Shown one piece after another: positions 49,009 through 59,032 of a DNA stretch of 64,000 nucleotides. The stretch comes from Desulfobacterales bacterium. Its GTDB lineage: Bacteria > Desulfobacterota > Desulfobacteria > Desulfobacterales > UBA2174. How positions within the stretch are numbered: position 1 is the stretch's first letter; each line of letters begins with the position of its first letter. A model generated the notes under the pieces. The model was not told the DNA's origin and did not search any database. It was given only the letters and a program-made list of their open reading frames with translations. The stretch spans positions 320,001-384,000 of the forward strand of contig CAXXWC010000010.1 in the NCBI GenBank assembly GCA_963668645.2. The letters are read 5' to 3'. Both the position numbers and the translations under genes were made by a program.

Positions 49009-49629
49009 ATGAAAATATCATTAATCCTTGCCCATCCTGATAAATGTAGTTTCAACTCTGCAATTGCAAAATGCTGCCAGGAAACTCTGGTTGCAAACGG
49101 TCATAAAGTATATTTTCATGATTTATATGCGGAAGAATTCGATGCGTTACTCCCAGCTAACGAGATTCCACGTGCTATTGAATTGCCACCGGAATTGAAA
49201 AAGCACTGTGATGAAATTTCTTCAGTTGATGGTATTATTGTGGTTCATCCGAATTGGTGGGGGCAACCTCCAGCAATTTTGAAGGGCTGGATAGACAGGG
49301 TATTTAGACCTGGAATCGCATATGAATTTATTGAAGGGGATTCTGGTGAAGGTGTCCCCGTTGGTTTGCTTAAGGCAAAATCAGCCGTGGTTTTTAACAC
49401 ATCAAATACTGAGTCTGATCGAGAGAAAACCGTATTTAAAGATCCTCTCGAAACAATTTGGAAAAGCTGTATTTTTGATCTTTGCGGAGTCCGTAACTTC
49501 TATAGGAAAATGTTCAATATCGTTGTTACAAGCAGTGAAGAACAACGTATTGCCTGGCTTTATGAAGTTTCCGAAATTGTCGGCAGATATTATCCAAGCG
49601 ATGGAATGTTTGTTAGCGAAATACATTGA
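49009..49629 (+). CDS. Flavodoxin-fold NAD(P)H-dependent oxidoreductase
   Basis: AHPDKCSFN, HDLYAEEF, PNWWGQPPAILKGWIDRV. Confidence 0.93.
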   Translation: MKISLILAHPDKCSFNSAIAKCCQETLVANGHKVYFHDLYAEEFDALLPANEIPRAIELPPELKKHCDEISSVDGIIVVHPNWWGQPPAILKGWIDRVFRPGIAYEFIEGDSGEGVPVGLLKAKSAVVFNTSNTESDREKTVFKDPLETIWKSCIFDLCGVRNFYRKMFNIVVTSSEEQRIAWLYEVSEIVGRYYPSDGMFVSEIH

Positions 49630-49789
49630 TGAATGCCATTTCTGCTATCTTATCCGTCGGGCTCTTATAGACAGGTTGCCGGAGTATCTGGCTCCACGGC
49701 AGGTCTATGGACTCGAAGCAAATTGAAAGATTCACATTACAGTCGGCTGAACAAGGATTGCTCATGTGATAAATTAAGGAGTGTTCACA

Positions 49790-50797
49790 ATGAAAACAAA
49801 CAAGATAATCACCATTTATCTGACGTTGACAATTATATGCTTGTCTTTGTCAGCCTGCGCCATAAACGACGCTGTCATTCAGCCTAAAAAACTAGTCGCC
49901 GAATCTGCCGATGCTACGCGTATTGCTTATGGGGTCAGCGGGCAAGGGGAAACCACCCTTTTATTCGTTCACGGCTGGCTATGTGATCATAAAATCTGGC
50001 AATCTCAGATTGATTATTTTTCCAGCAATTATAAAGTGGTTTGGTTAGATTTAGCAGGTCACGGAGATTCTGAAACCAACCGCCAAAAATTTACGATGTC
50101 TGCATTTGCCCGAGATGTTAAGTCGGTTCATGATAAGGTTGGTGGAGATAAAATTATTCTTGTCGGTCACTCCATGGGAGGGCCCATAGTGATCGAAACG
50201 GCCAAACTGCTTGGGGAAAAAGTTATTGGAATCGTTGCTGTTGATGCTTTTTATACTCCTCTTGCATCTGTTCCGGAAGAAATAAAAATGGCATTTCTTG
50301 AGAAATTGAAAAAAAATTATCCTGCGGCCTTAAAGGAAACAGTGGGATCAATGTTTGCACAAAGTGCAAATTCGGATTTGGTAAATTCAACTTATAAAAA
50401 TATGCTTGCCGTTGATCATAAGATGGGAATCAGTTCGTTATATGAATGCATCAAATGGAATTCACAAAAAGAACCGTCTGAGCTTAAAGCATTTTCAGAA
50501 AAGCTTTATAATATTAATGGCGCACCAAAAGGTGACGAAAAACCTTTGCATAATAGCGTTGTTTTAATACCCGGTGTAGGGCATTTCGCTCCCCAAATAA
50601 AACCCAAAGAATTTAATGCTGCATTAGAAGTGCTTGTTGAAAAAATACAATCTTCATTGGAAAACGCACATAATCGGGCAAGGAGAAATTTCTCTCTCCC
50701 TCTTCCACACCACCTGGCATACGGGTCTACCCCAAGAACACTTCCGATGGGCGCGTACTATGCGGTTCGCAAAACTTACCGGGCTGTCGCCGGGTAG
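49790..50797 (+). CDS. Alpha/beta hydrolase lipoprotein; C-terminus extended into intron remnant B
   Basis: Lipobox LSAC, FVHGW, DLAGHG, GHSMGG, VGHF. Confidence 0.9.
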   Translation: MKTNKIITIYLTLTIICLSLSACAINDAVIQPKKLVAESADATRIAYGVSGQGETTLLFVHGWLCDHKIWQSQIDYFSSNYKVVWLDLAGHGDSETNRQKFTMSAFARDVKSVHDKVGGDKIILVGHSMGGPIVIETAKLLGEKVIGIVAVDAFYTPLASVPEEIKMAFLEKLKKNYPAALKETVGSMFAQSANSDLVNSTYKNMLAVDHKMGISSLYECIKWNSQKEPSELKAFSEKLYNINGAPKGDEKPLHNSVVLIPGVGHFAPQIKPKEFNAALEVLVEKIQSSLENAHNRARRNFSLPLPHHLAYGSTPRTLPMGAYYAVRKTYRAVAG

Positions 50798-50897
50798 TGG
50801 ATCTTCACCCACAGTTCTTTGACAGGTTCCAGGCTCTGATCCTCCTTCAACCACTGGTTGATCATACTGCTCTGGGTCGCCAATGTGCGGGCGCTTT
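50673..50897 (-). mobile_element. Group IIC(-attC) intron remnant B (3' end plus RT C-terminus)
   Basis: ACCCGTATGCCAGGTGGTGTGG...CCTTGCCCGAT; ARTLATQSSMINQWLKE..VKELWVKIHYPATAR*. Confidence 0.82.
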
Positions 50898-50964
50898 TCC
50901 CGACTTCCAGCAGTACGCTGCAATCGCTCTGGATAATCAGGGCGTTGTCGGAGGACACGGCCAT
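50898..50964 (-). pseudogene. N-terminal stub of an XPB/Rad25-like helicase
   Basis: MAVSSDNALIIQSDCSVLLEV resembles the bacterial XPB N-terminus (LIVQSD.TLLLEV). Confidence 0.6.
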
Positions 50965-50966
50965 GG

Positions 50967-52128
50967 TCAGGCTCCGGTCGAGCGGCGCTTCGTCTTGCCG
51001 GAGGCCGCCTTGCGGCGGGATTTTGCAGGCCTGATTTCCTCCATGGCCAGCAGATAGCCGATCTCGCGCAAGGCCCGCTTGAAGGCCGCCTCGCCTTCCG
51101 ACGGCACCACCAGATGGGTTTCCCCGGCGCGCATGCAATACCTGCGGGTGCGCGAATCGTTGGCGATCAGGGCCGCCAGGGCGGGATCGGCGCACTCGAC
51201 CCGGTCCAGCTCATCGATGAGGGTCGTGCCGATCCACTTGTCCCAGAGCTGCCGGAGGATCTCGAAAGGCGGTTGGGAGAGGGCCTTGCGCCCGGTCCGG
51301 GTAAGTTCCAGCCTGGTGCCCGAAAGCTTGGCCAGTCCTCCGGCCTGCACGATGAGCGGCCAGGCGAAGGCACGGATCGGTCCGGCGTTTTCATCGTGCC
51401 ATTTCCCGGTAACGGGCAGTACCGGGTAAAAATCCCCGCCATCGAGAATCGACGTAATGGCCTTGACGGTCGCTGCCGAGGGGCGTCGTGTCTTATCGCT
51501 GACCGCTCCCTTGGCCGTATCCACCAGGCGCAGGACAGAAAGCAGCTCCCGCTGGGCGACCCGCTCCGTCTCGTGAACCGTAAGAGGCACCTGCTTTGTG
51601 CCCTTTTCCCGGGTCTTGGCCTCCTCATACCCACCAGGAGCAGGGCACCTCACAGTCGTCCGGAAGGGTTGCGAGGGCCTTGACTTTCGCCGCCGCCGGC
51701 CGCGGGACAAAGGCCTTAAGACGTGCCTTGAGGTCGTCGGGCATGACGCCGCCGTAAAAGAAGAAACAGAGGGCAGACGGGCAACGATCGTAACGGGACC
51801 TTCCGCTGGTGCCCCAGTTGGGGTCGCAACCGTACTTGGCATTGAAAAGATCGCCGGGAAACCGGTTCGAGCCGGCATGCACCACCTCGGCGACAGCCGC
51901 TTGCTGCACCTTGTCGAGGCGCTGCCAGGCCGTTTTCAGCCCCTCTCCTTCAAGATGGCGCATGATCACGGCGGCCACCTCGGCCTTGCGGGTGGGCAGT
52001 TTCTGCTTGGTGTGCGCCGCCAGCCGCTTGAGATCCTCGGCGTTCATGTGCTTCATCAGCGCCAACTCGAGGGTCGGGATTCGGTCACCCCGGCATATCG
52101 CATCATGCACAGTCTCCGTGGTCTGCAA
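50967..52128 (-). pseudogene. Helicase-associated (XPB partner-like) protein, frameshifted and internally deleted
   Basis: Two overlapping frames (51625-52128 and 50967-51878); C-terminal VECADPALAALIA..GETHLVV..FKRALREIGY. Confidence 0.6.
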
Positions 52129-52413
52129 TGGTTCCGATATCAGCCGGGTCTGCTTCTCCTGTTATCAGGCAAACCGAGGGGCTTCAAGGGTTGAACCCGG
52201 TCGCCTTGGTGAGTCCGGTTTTCCTCACGATCATGGTCGCAATAAAACGACGCATTGTTTGATTGCAGACGAACTATTGCTGAAAGCTGAACTTCGAGCG
52301 ACTGTGGATTCTTCTGGCGACCATCGGCATTCTTTTATATAGGTTATTTTTACCGGCAATCGGCCGGCAACCGCGATTCGCATAACGGCCCGGCAGAAAA
52401 GGTAATTCGTTGC

Positions 52414-53526
52414 ATGGACACCGGAAAAAAAATGTATCGGATCACCCTATGCTTCGCCATGATCGTATCGGTGGTGTGCGTCATCGGAAACGTGGTGTCC
52501 GGATTTCCTTTCGCGGCGAGCATCAAATGGATCGTTCTTTTTGGAGTATCCCTGCTCGCCGGCCTGGCCACAAGGCACGAGCGGACCTATCCGGTGGGCC
52601 GGTTTTGTTTTTTCCTGTTCCTGATTGCCGGCTTCCTGCCGGTTGCCTTCATCGATTCGGGGGGCAGCAACAACAATGCCCTGGGCTATACGTTTCTGTT
52701 AGCCATCGCTGTCACCTATCTGTTTACGGGTCGGCAACGGGTCGTGCTGATCGTGTTGCTGATTTCGGTGTTTGCGATGTTACTGCTGCTTGAATACTTT
52801 TCCCCCCAGTGGATCACCCAGTATCCGCCTTCAAGCCAACTGATCGATCGGCTGATACAGGTGCCGATGCAAATCATCGCCGCTTTTCTGATCGTCCGCA
52901 TGTACGCCGGAGCCTATGACCAGGCCAACCGGCAACTGGCAACCGAGCGGTGGAATCTGGAACATTCCATGGAAAAACTCTCCTTGTCGGAAAAGCAACT
53001 GCAAGAGGCCAACCGTGCCCTTGAAGAGCTGCGGATCACGGACAAGCTGACCCAGATCTTCAACCGCAGCAAAATAGACGAAGTGCTGGATCTGGAAATG
53101 GCGCGGTTTCGACGATCCGGGGCGGTTTTTTGCATTGCGATGATCGATATCGACCACTTCAAGGCGGTCAACGATACTTACGGCCACCAGGCAGGAGACG
53201 TGGTGCTGGCGGAATTCGCCCGCCGGCTAAAGGCCGGTATTCGCAAAACGGACTTTGTCGGAAGATGGGGCGGGGAAGAGTTCCTGATCCTGTTTCCCGA
53301 TACCGAACTGGTCAATGCCTACCGAAAAACACAACAATTGCTCGAGGACCTCGGAAAATCGCCCTTTCCCGCTGCCGGCCGGATGACTTTCAGCGCCGGT
53401 GTGGCCTGCGCCGATTCCGGCGCCACGGCCGGCGAGATGATCCGTCAGGCCGACCAGGCTTTGTATTCGGCTAAAAAAGGCGGGCGCAGCCAGGTAATTT
53501 GCAATCAGGCCGAAGCACATCTCTGA
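52414..53526 (+). CDS. Membrane-bound diguanylate cyclase (GGDEF)
   Basis: N-terminal TMs; DKLTQIFNR, DIDHFKAVND.YGH, RWGGEEF. Confidence 0.95.
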   Translation: MDTGKKMYRITLCFAMIVSVVCVIGNVVSGFPFAASIKWIVLFGVSLLAGLATRHERTYPVGRFCFFLFLIAGFLPVAFIDSGGSNNNALGYTFLLAIAVTYLFTGRQRVVLIVLLISVFAMLLLLEYFSPQWITQYPPSSQLIDRLIQVPMQIIAAFLIVRMYAGAYDQANRQLATERWNLEHSMEKLSLSEKQLQEANRALEELRITDKLTQIFNRSKIDEVLDLEMARFRRSGAVFCIAMIDIDHFKAVNDTYGHQAGDVVLAEFARRLKAGIRKTDFVGRWGGEEFLILFPDTELVNAYRKTQQLLEDLGKSPFPAAGRMTFSAGVACADSGATAGEMIRQADQALYSAKKGGRSQVICNQAEAHL

Positions 53527-53690
53527 CGCAAATCACCACACGAACCCTTTTTTGGCCGTTCAGGATCGCAAGCAGCGGCCGGGCCGCCCATTGGATGAAC
53601 GGCCCTTCCGATTCAGACAAAACACGGTCCAAAGCGACGCCGGCCGATCCGGACCGAGTCCTCTGCCGGCCCTATGCCGCACTCAGCCGG

Positions 53691-54311
53691 TCACTTACCG
53701 GCGCCATCCTCATACAAAGACGCCAAAGGATCGCGGCCGTTGGGCGCCATGGCACCGAAGGGTTCGAAGCGGCCAATGGCCGCAGCGGTGCAAAAATGCA
53801 TCCCCTGGCGGCTGCCGGTCATCATCAGGGGCCGGGCCCGCTCGAGATCCAGGGCACCGTCTTCGCCGAGCACCGCGTCATCCACCTCCAGGCGCACCAC
53901 CTTGCCGATGATCAGCACGTAGGCCTTTTCCTCGTAAAGCTTGTCCAGCCTGCATTCCATCCAGCCGTAACAGCCGGCGATGCCCGGCGCCGCAATCTCC
54001 ACCGACGGCCGCGCGGTCAGTCCGGCCAGCTCGAACTCGTCGGCCTCGGGCGGCGAAAAGCGGGCCGTGGGAATCACCGCATCGGCCATGTCGACCCCGG
54101 CCAGATTGACCACGAACTCGCCGGTGGCGCGGATGTTGACCAGGGTATCGCGGCGGTGGGCCGACGCCACGGCCACCAGGTCCAGCGGCCGCAGGATCGG
54201 CATCAGACAGCCGTAGGGAGCGATGTTGCGGATCCCGCTGGCGCTGACCGTGGAGATCATGGCCACCGGCAGCGGGATGAAGCCTTCGCGCATGAACGGT
54301 TTGAAAAGCAT
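53691..54311 (-). CDS. Flavin reductase-like (DIM6/NTAB) FMN-binding protein
   Basis: PLPVAMIST, NIAPY, DTLVNIRATGEFVVN, MECRL. Confidence 0.9.
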   Translation of the reverse strand: MLFKPFMREGFIPLPVAMISTVSASGIRNIAPYGCLMPILRPLDLVAVASAHRRDTLVNIRATGEFVVNLAGVDMADAVIPTARFSPPEADEFELAGLTARPSVEIAAPGIAGCYGWMECRLDKLYEEKAYVLIIGKVVRLEVDDAVLGEDGALDLERARPLMMTGSRQGMHFCTAAAIGRFEPFGAMAPNGRDPLASLYEDGAGK

Positions 54312-54362
54312 TCAGATCCTCATCTATCGTTTATGGTTTGACTTGCTCGATGCACCAGGATG

Positions 54363-55424
54363 TCACCAGGATGCATCCCTGCCCAGGATCGCCTCGATGG
54401 GGTTGGCCCCCATACGGACCAGGGCGTCCATATCAGCCCGGTTTTTAAGTTCCTTGGTCTTGACCACCGAAACGAACCGCTCGGGCGATCCCGTCTCGTG
54501 AAAGAGGTATTTGACGTACCAGACATGAAGCCAGGACATGGTTTTCCAGTCCATTTCAAGGTCCGGTTCGCCCAGAAATTGTTTGAACTTGTCCCAGCCC
54601 CAATCGAAGCGCAGCAGGTCGGCTTTTCCCCGTCCGGTTCGGGCGTTGAACCGGATGACGATGCCCCCCAGATCGGAAAACGTTTGTTGATCCGTCTTCC
54701 AGGCCCGGGACCAGGGGTAGGCCATGGTGTAATAGCCGTGCTTTCCCGGTGTCAGGTTTAAGTAATACATCAGATAGTCATCCTGGCACCAGGCCGGTGC
54801 GCCGATATAGGCATATCTTTCCCCCTCGGCCAGGGGCAGGCGGTCTGTGATGAACCTGGCCGTGAAGTACCCGCTGGCCACCCCGCAGCAGAAATGGTCG
54901 TGAAAGCAGGCTGCCGCGACAAGGTCGGCCGGCATGCCGTCGGCCCAGCCGTTGGCCAGACTCACGATGGAAAAGGCCTTCGGGCCGAAAACGGCTTGAA
55001 AAGGCTCAAAGGACCGGTGCTTGGCCACATAGATGTCCAACGGGGCCGAAGCCCGGACCCGGCCTGCCGCGACGGTCACGTAGACCGCCGGCAAGTGCGT
55101 ATCGTCCTGGCGCCGGACAAATGCGAACCAGAGCGGCTCGTCCGGCCGGCCATGGACCGCCAGCAGATTCCCCCTTCCCAGGCTGATCCGGGCGCATCCA
55201 GAAATCGTGTCGAACAGGATGCGGGTATCCTGACCGCCGGGCCGGGCGTATCCGGCATTGGTCAGGCAGGCCAGCGTCCCGTCCTCGGGTCCTGCCCCGA
55301 GCCGCTCCAGGGCCGCTTCCACCGCCTGCTGGCCTGCCGCCTCCACGTTTATCTCTTCTGCCCCCGCCAGGGCGCTCCATCCCAGCAGGAAACTTATCAG
55401 GACCGTGCTCAGAAACGTTTTCAT
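54363..55424 (-). CDS. Exported FmdE-family protein
   Basis: Signal peptide; FHDHFCCGVASG and PAWCQDD metal-site motifs. Confidence 0.82.
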   Translation of the reverse strand: MKTFLSTVLISFLLGWSALAGAEEINVEAAGQQAVEAALERLGAGPEDGTLACLTNAGYARPGGQDTRILFDTISGCARISLGRGNLLAVHGRPDEPLWFAFVRRQDDTHLPAVYVTVAAGRVRASAPLDIYVAKHRSFEPFQAVFGPKAFSIVSLANGWADGMPADLVAAACFHDHFCCGVASGYFTARFITDRLPLAEGERYAYIGAPAWCQDDYLMYYLNLTPGKHGYYTMAYPWSRAWKTDQQTFSDLGGIVIRFNARTGRGKADLLRFDWGWDKFKQFLGEPDLEMDWKTMSWLHVWYVKYLFHETGSPERFVSVVKTKELKNRADMDALVRMGANPIEAILGRDASW

Positions 55425-55434
55425 GAGACCTCCT

Positions 55435-57579
55435 TTAAAAGCTTACGCTCAGACCGGCCATGACGGTCGCCCCGGCCATGGGATAGCCGTCGTCTTCCTC
55501 ATAGTCTTCGTCCAGCAGGTTTTCCACGGCAACAATCGCCCGCCACCGGCTCCATGTGTTTTTCCAGAAAAGGTATGATCCGGAAAGATTGACCTTTGTG
55601 TAAGCGCTGTCGGTAACCAGTGCATTACCGGAAATCCGATCCCGGCGGCCGACATAGTTCAGCGAAAGATTGGCGGACAGATCGGACCTCGGCGTCCACT
55701 GGAGCCCGAAGTTGAACATCGTCTCGGGAAGATCGGGCACTTCTCCGGTCAAGCGGTTGTCCGTGTCCCAGGGATCGTCGTCTTTTTCACCTTCCTGCCA
55801 TGTGGCATTCGCCCAGCAGCGCAGGCCGAAAGGCAGGGTGGTTGCGATTTCCACTTCGGCGCCGTGGATGTCCACTTCCCCGATATTGTAGTAAACGCTC
55901 AAAGAGCTGCCCGCAAGCCGGGTCGAGGTGATGTAGTTTTCGACATCGTAATAGTAGCCACGCACCGTTAAGTCGATGGATTCGAGAAAGTGTTGATTGT
56001 AGGAAAGCTCGTACTGGCGCGCCTCTTCAGCCTTCAGATCCGTGTTCAGATACCCTTCCTGATTGTTCAGATACCACCAGAAGTACTCCGGAGAATTGGG
56101 ATAGCGATGCGTCACGCCGAAACGGGCCTCCACCGTGGCCGTCTGCCAGGGGCGAAAAATCAGGGCCAGACGCGGGTCCAGATTCTTTTCATCCAGATCC
56201 GTTACGCCGGTGCTCCATTCAAAGCCGAAGGCCGCAGGATCGATGCTGTCGGCTTTAAAATGTTCGCCGCGCAGCCCCATTTCCAGATCCAGCAGTTCGC
56301 TGAGCCGCCATCGATCCTGGAGGTAAAGGGCCTGGTAGGTCAGACAACCGGGCTGCCCCACGAATCCGTCGGTGACATAAGGCGCGCGCGCGTTGATGGT
56401 GGCTTCATTGAAATAGGCCATATCGATGTAATCCACGCTCTGGTCGCCCCATCCGTAACGGCGCATCTCGCCGCCGGCCTCGATCTGGTGGGACCCGAAG
56501 GTGAAGGTCGCCTCGCCCTGGATGGCCCAGTTGTTATCCTCGGCTTCGGTGGTCCGCTGGTAGATCAATTTACCCGGATCGTTGGCATCGTAGTAGAACT
56601 CGGTGCGCTCCTGGTTCCAGAGCCTAAAATCGATCTTGGCCCGGCCCGCATCGTAGCTCTTGGCGATAAAGGCGGTCAGGGCCGTATTTTCATCCTCGGC
56701 GTAACTTTCGTCGCCCCAGTATTTGCCCTTGAGCAAAAACCCCATGGCACCCGGTCCGCCGATGGTCTTGGCGTCCGCCGATGGTTCCGAAGGATCGTAA
56801 TACGGGCTGTCGGGCCGATTGTAGACCGCAAACCCCGTATCCATGTTCGAGTAGCTCAGGCCGGCGCCGACCTGAAAACGGTTGGGCAGATCGTAGGTAA
56901 CGCTGCCGTTGAAGTTCTTGCGGTCGACAAAATTATTGCGAAGATACCCGTCGCTTTCGAACTGGCTGGCCGCCAGGGACCAGCCCACAGGACCCGCCTT
57001 GGCGCTGTGATTGAAGCGCGCGTCCCAGGTGCCCAGGCTGCCGGCGGTAAAAGTGACGTCGCTTTTCGGTTCTTCCGTCGGCTCCCTTGAAACGATGTTC
57101 ACCACGCCGCCCAAGGTATTGCCGAATTTGGCGGGACCGGCTCCCCGGTGAATCTCGATGCGCTCGACGGACTCGGGGGAAATGGCACCCCAGTCGACCT
57201 GGCCGCTGCCGTAAGAGCCGTCGCGTTGCAGTGATACGCCGTCGGACAAGATGCGCAACCGGGTCTCACCGAAGCCTCGGATACGCAGACTGCCCGTGTT
57301 GTTGCCAGCCAGAGTGGACCGTTGCAGTTGAACGCCGGCCTGATTGGCCAGCTTATCGAGGATCGAGCCTGAAACCGAGGGTTCTTCGAGAACCTGCGCC
57401 GGAATCACATCCTGGACATATTCCGGCACCTGGTCGGACTGTTTTTCGGTGACCACCACGTCTTCAAGTTTTTCGACCGGTTGGGTTTCCTGCGATGGCG
57501 ACGGCTCCTGAGCCATCGCAGGCGAAAAGAGCAACATTACCAGCAAAGCGCTTATCCACACAGTTTCGGAGGTCTTCAT
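55435..57579 (-). CDS. TonB-dependent outer-membrane receptor
   Basis: Signal, TonB box LEDVVVT, IRG, ERIEIHRG, GGVVNI, NLLDEDY, C-terminal F. Confidence 0.95.
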   Translation of the reverse strand: MKTSETVWISALLVMLLFSPAMAQEPSPSQETQPVEKLEDVVVTEKQSDQVPEYVQDVIPAQVLEEPSVSGSILDKLANQAGVQLQRSTLAGNNTGSLRIRGFGETRLRILSDGVSLQRDGSYGSGQVDWGAISPESVERIEIHRGAGPAKFGNTLGGVVNIVSREPTEEPKSDVTFTAGSLGTWDARFNHSAKAGPVGWSLAASQFESDGYLRNNFVDRKNFNGSVTYDLPNRFQVGAGLSYSNMDTGFAVYNRPDSPYYDPSEPSADAKTIGGPGAMGFLLKGKYWGDESYAEDENTALTAFIAKSYDAGRAKIDFRLWNQERTEFYYDANDPGKLIYQRTTEAEDNNWAIQGEATFTFGSHQIEAGGEMRRYGWGDQSVDYIDMAYFNEATINARAPYVTDGFVGQPGCLTYQALYLQDRWRLSELLDLEMGLRGEHFKADSIDPAAFGFEWSTGVTDLDEKNLDPRLALIFRPWQTATVEARFGVTHRYPNSPEYFWWYLNNQEGYLNTDLKAEEARQYELSYNQHFLESIDLTVRGYYYDVENYITSTRLAGSSLSVYYNIGEVDIHGAEVEIATTLPFGLRCWANATWQEGEKDDDPWDTDNRLTGEVPDLPETMFNFGLQWTPRSDLSANLSLNYVGRRDRISGNALVTDSAYTKVNLSGSYLFWKNTWSRWRAIVAVENLLDEDYEEDDGYPMAGATVMAGLSVSF

Positions 57580-57639
57580 CGAGTTGTTCCTTTCAGTTGT
57601 CAAAAGACGGCAAACATCATCATCTTCAATCCTCCCCTT

Positions 57640-57740
57640 GAAAAACAAAAAACCACCAAGGCCGGTGTTCCTGCGGAACACATCGAACCTTCGTGGTTCA
57701 CTTGCGATACACGTGTTGACTCGAGGGCTTCAGCCCTGCG
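57640..57740 (-). promoter_or_regulatory. Leader attenuator: TGAA hairpin, ACGAA hairpin and intrinsic terminator
   Basis: AGGGC-TGAA-GCCCT; GAACC-ACGAA-GGTTC overlapping the 5' arm of a long stem followed by TTTTTTGTTTTT. Confidence 0.65.
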
Positions 57741-57776
57741 GTGAATGGCGGCTTGGGGCGTACGGCGGGCCCGGCG

Positions 57777-58295
57777 CTAAAGGCCCAGATGGATCATGAT
57801 CAGTACGGCATCTTCCTGGACATCGAGGCAGTGCGGCTGCAGCGCCTTGAAACGCACCGCCTCACCCGGTCCCAGATCCAGGATCTGGTCGGCAACGGTC
57901 AGCCTTATCCGGCCCGACACGACGAGACACGTCTCACGGGTCAGTCCGTGCAGCTCCGGCTCGAATACGCTTCGGGTACCGGCCGGGGCCGAGAGCACGA
58001 ACAGGTCGCCGTCGGAAAAGACGAGCTGGCGGCCGGTGAGCCCGTCGCGTTGAAAAGTGCGCGCCTGAGGCTGTTCGGCGACCGTGCGCTCCGCCAGTTG
58101 CAGCAATTCACTGGGGGCCAGACCGAGGGATTCGGCCAGCACCCCCAGGGTGCCCACGGTGGGGTTGCCGTTGTTGGCCTCGATCTTGGCCACCGTGACC
58201 CGCGTCAGACCGGCTTTGGCCGCCAGTTCATCTGCAGTCATACCCCGCTTCATGCGAAGGCTGCGAATAACCGAAAAATCGTATTGAAGCATCAC
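57777..58295 (-). CDS. XRE-family HTH regulator with cupin domain
   Basis: ELAAKAGLTRVTVAKIE..GNPT; C-terminal cupin HGLTRE..VVSG..LGPGEAVRF. Confidence 0.9.
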   Translation of the reverse strand: MMLQYDFSVIRSLRMKRGMTADELAAKAGLTRVTVAKIEANNGNPTVGTLGVLAESLGLAPSELLQLAERTVAEQPQARTFQRDGLTGRQLVFSDGDLFVLSAPAGTRSVFEPELHGLTRETCLVVSGRIRLTVADQILDLGPGEAVRFKALQPHCLDVQEDAVLIMIHLGL

Positions 58296-58606
58296 AGGGC
58301 CTGGGTCGAAGGCTGACCTAAAAAATTAAAGTATACACCATGTAAAAAATAGTATCATTTCTGTCAAGAAGATTTTCCCTGCCCCTGCACAAAGCGCGAT
58401 CGGCCTTGACATCCGGCCTCCGCCGTTTTATCGGTAACGTAAAAGATCGACCGTGCGAAGCGGTCGAATGTATCTGATTTTTTATGGCCGGACTTTTTTC
58501 AGGCAACACCGGCCGCCTGCTTTTATCCCTTTTGACGAACAAAAGGCCGATGGTCCGATCGGGTAAACCCCGGCGGCTGATCGGCCTTTTTCATCATAGA
58601 GGCATC

Positions 58607-59032
58607 TTGAGGAAACGAATCTGTGTTATCGACGGCCAGGGAGGCGGCATCGGCGCCACCGTAATACGCTACCTGAAAGAAGCCTGCGGCGAGTCGGTGG
58701 ATCTGATCGCCCTGGGCACCAACGCCATCGCCACAGCCCAGATGCTCAAAGCCGGAGCCAATCGGGGTGCCACCGGAGAAAGCGCCGTATCGCGCACGGC
58801 GTACCAGGTCGATTGCATCGTCGGCCCCATTGCCATCTCGTGGGCCAACGCCATGCTCGGCGAGGTGACTCCGTCCATGGCCGAAGCGGTCACCTCCAGT
58901 GAGGCCGTTAAGCTGTTGCTGCCACTGACCCAGGAAAACATCACGATTGTGGGAGCGGCCCAAGAGCCTTTGCCCCACCTGGTTCAAAGCCTGGTGGAAA
59001 AATTGAAAAAGGAGGTATTGTCAGATGTGTGA
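58607..59032 (+). CDS. DUF3842-family protein
   Basis: ICVIDGQGGGIG, ALGTNAIATAQMLKAGA..GATGE; TTG start after GAGG. Confidence 0.88.
   Translation: MRKRICVIDGQGGGIGATVIRYLKEACGESVDLIALGTNAIATAQMLKAGANRGATGESAVSRTAYQVDCIVGPIAISWANAMLGEVTPSMAEAVTSSEAVKLLLPLTQENITIVGAAQEPLPHLVQSLVEKLKKEVLSDV

Noticed and set aside
43266..50897. Functional retroelement (active intron, retron or DGR)
   Set aside because: Only the last ~35 RT codons remain; no YADD core, template/variable repeats or msr-msd.
57580..57780. Cobalamin or Moco riboswitch before the TonB receptor
   Set aside because: Conserved B12-box or Moco features not found; reported instead as an unassigned attenuator.
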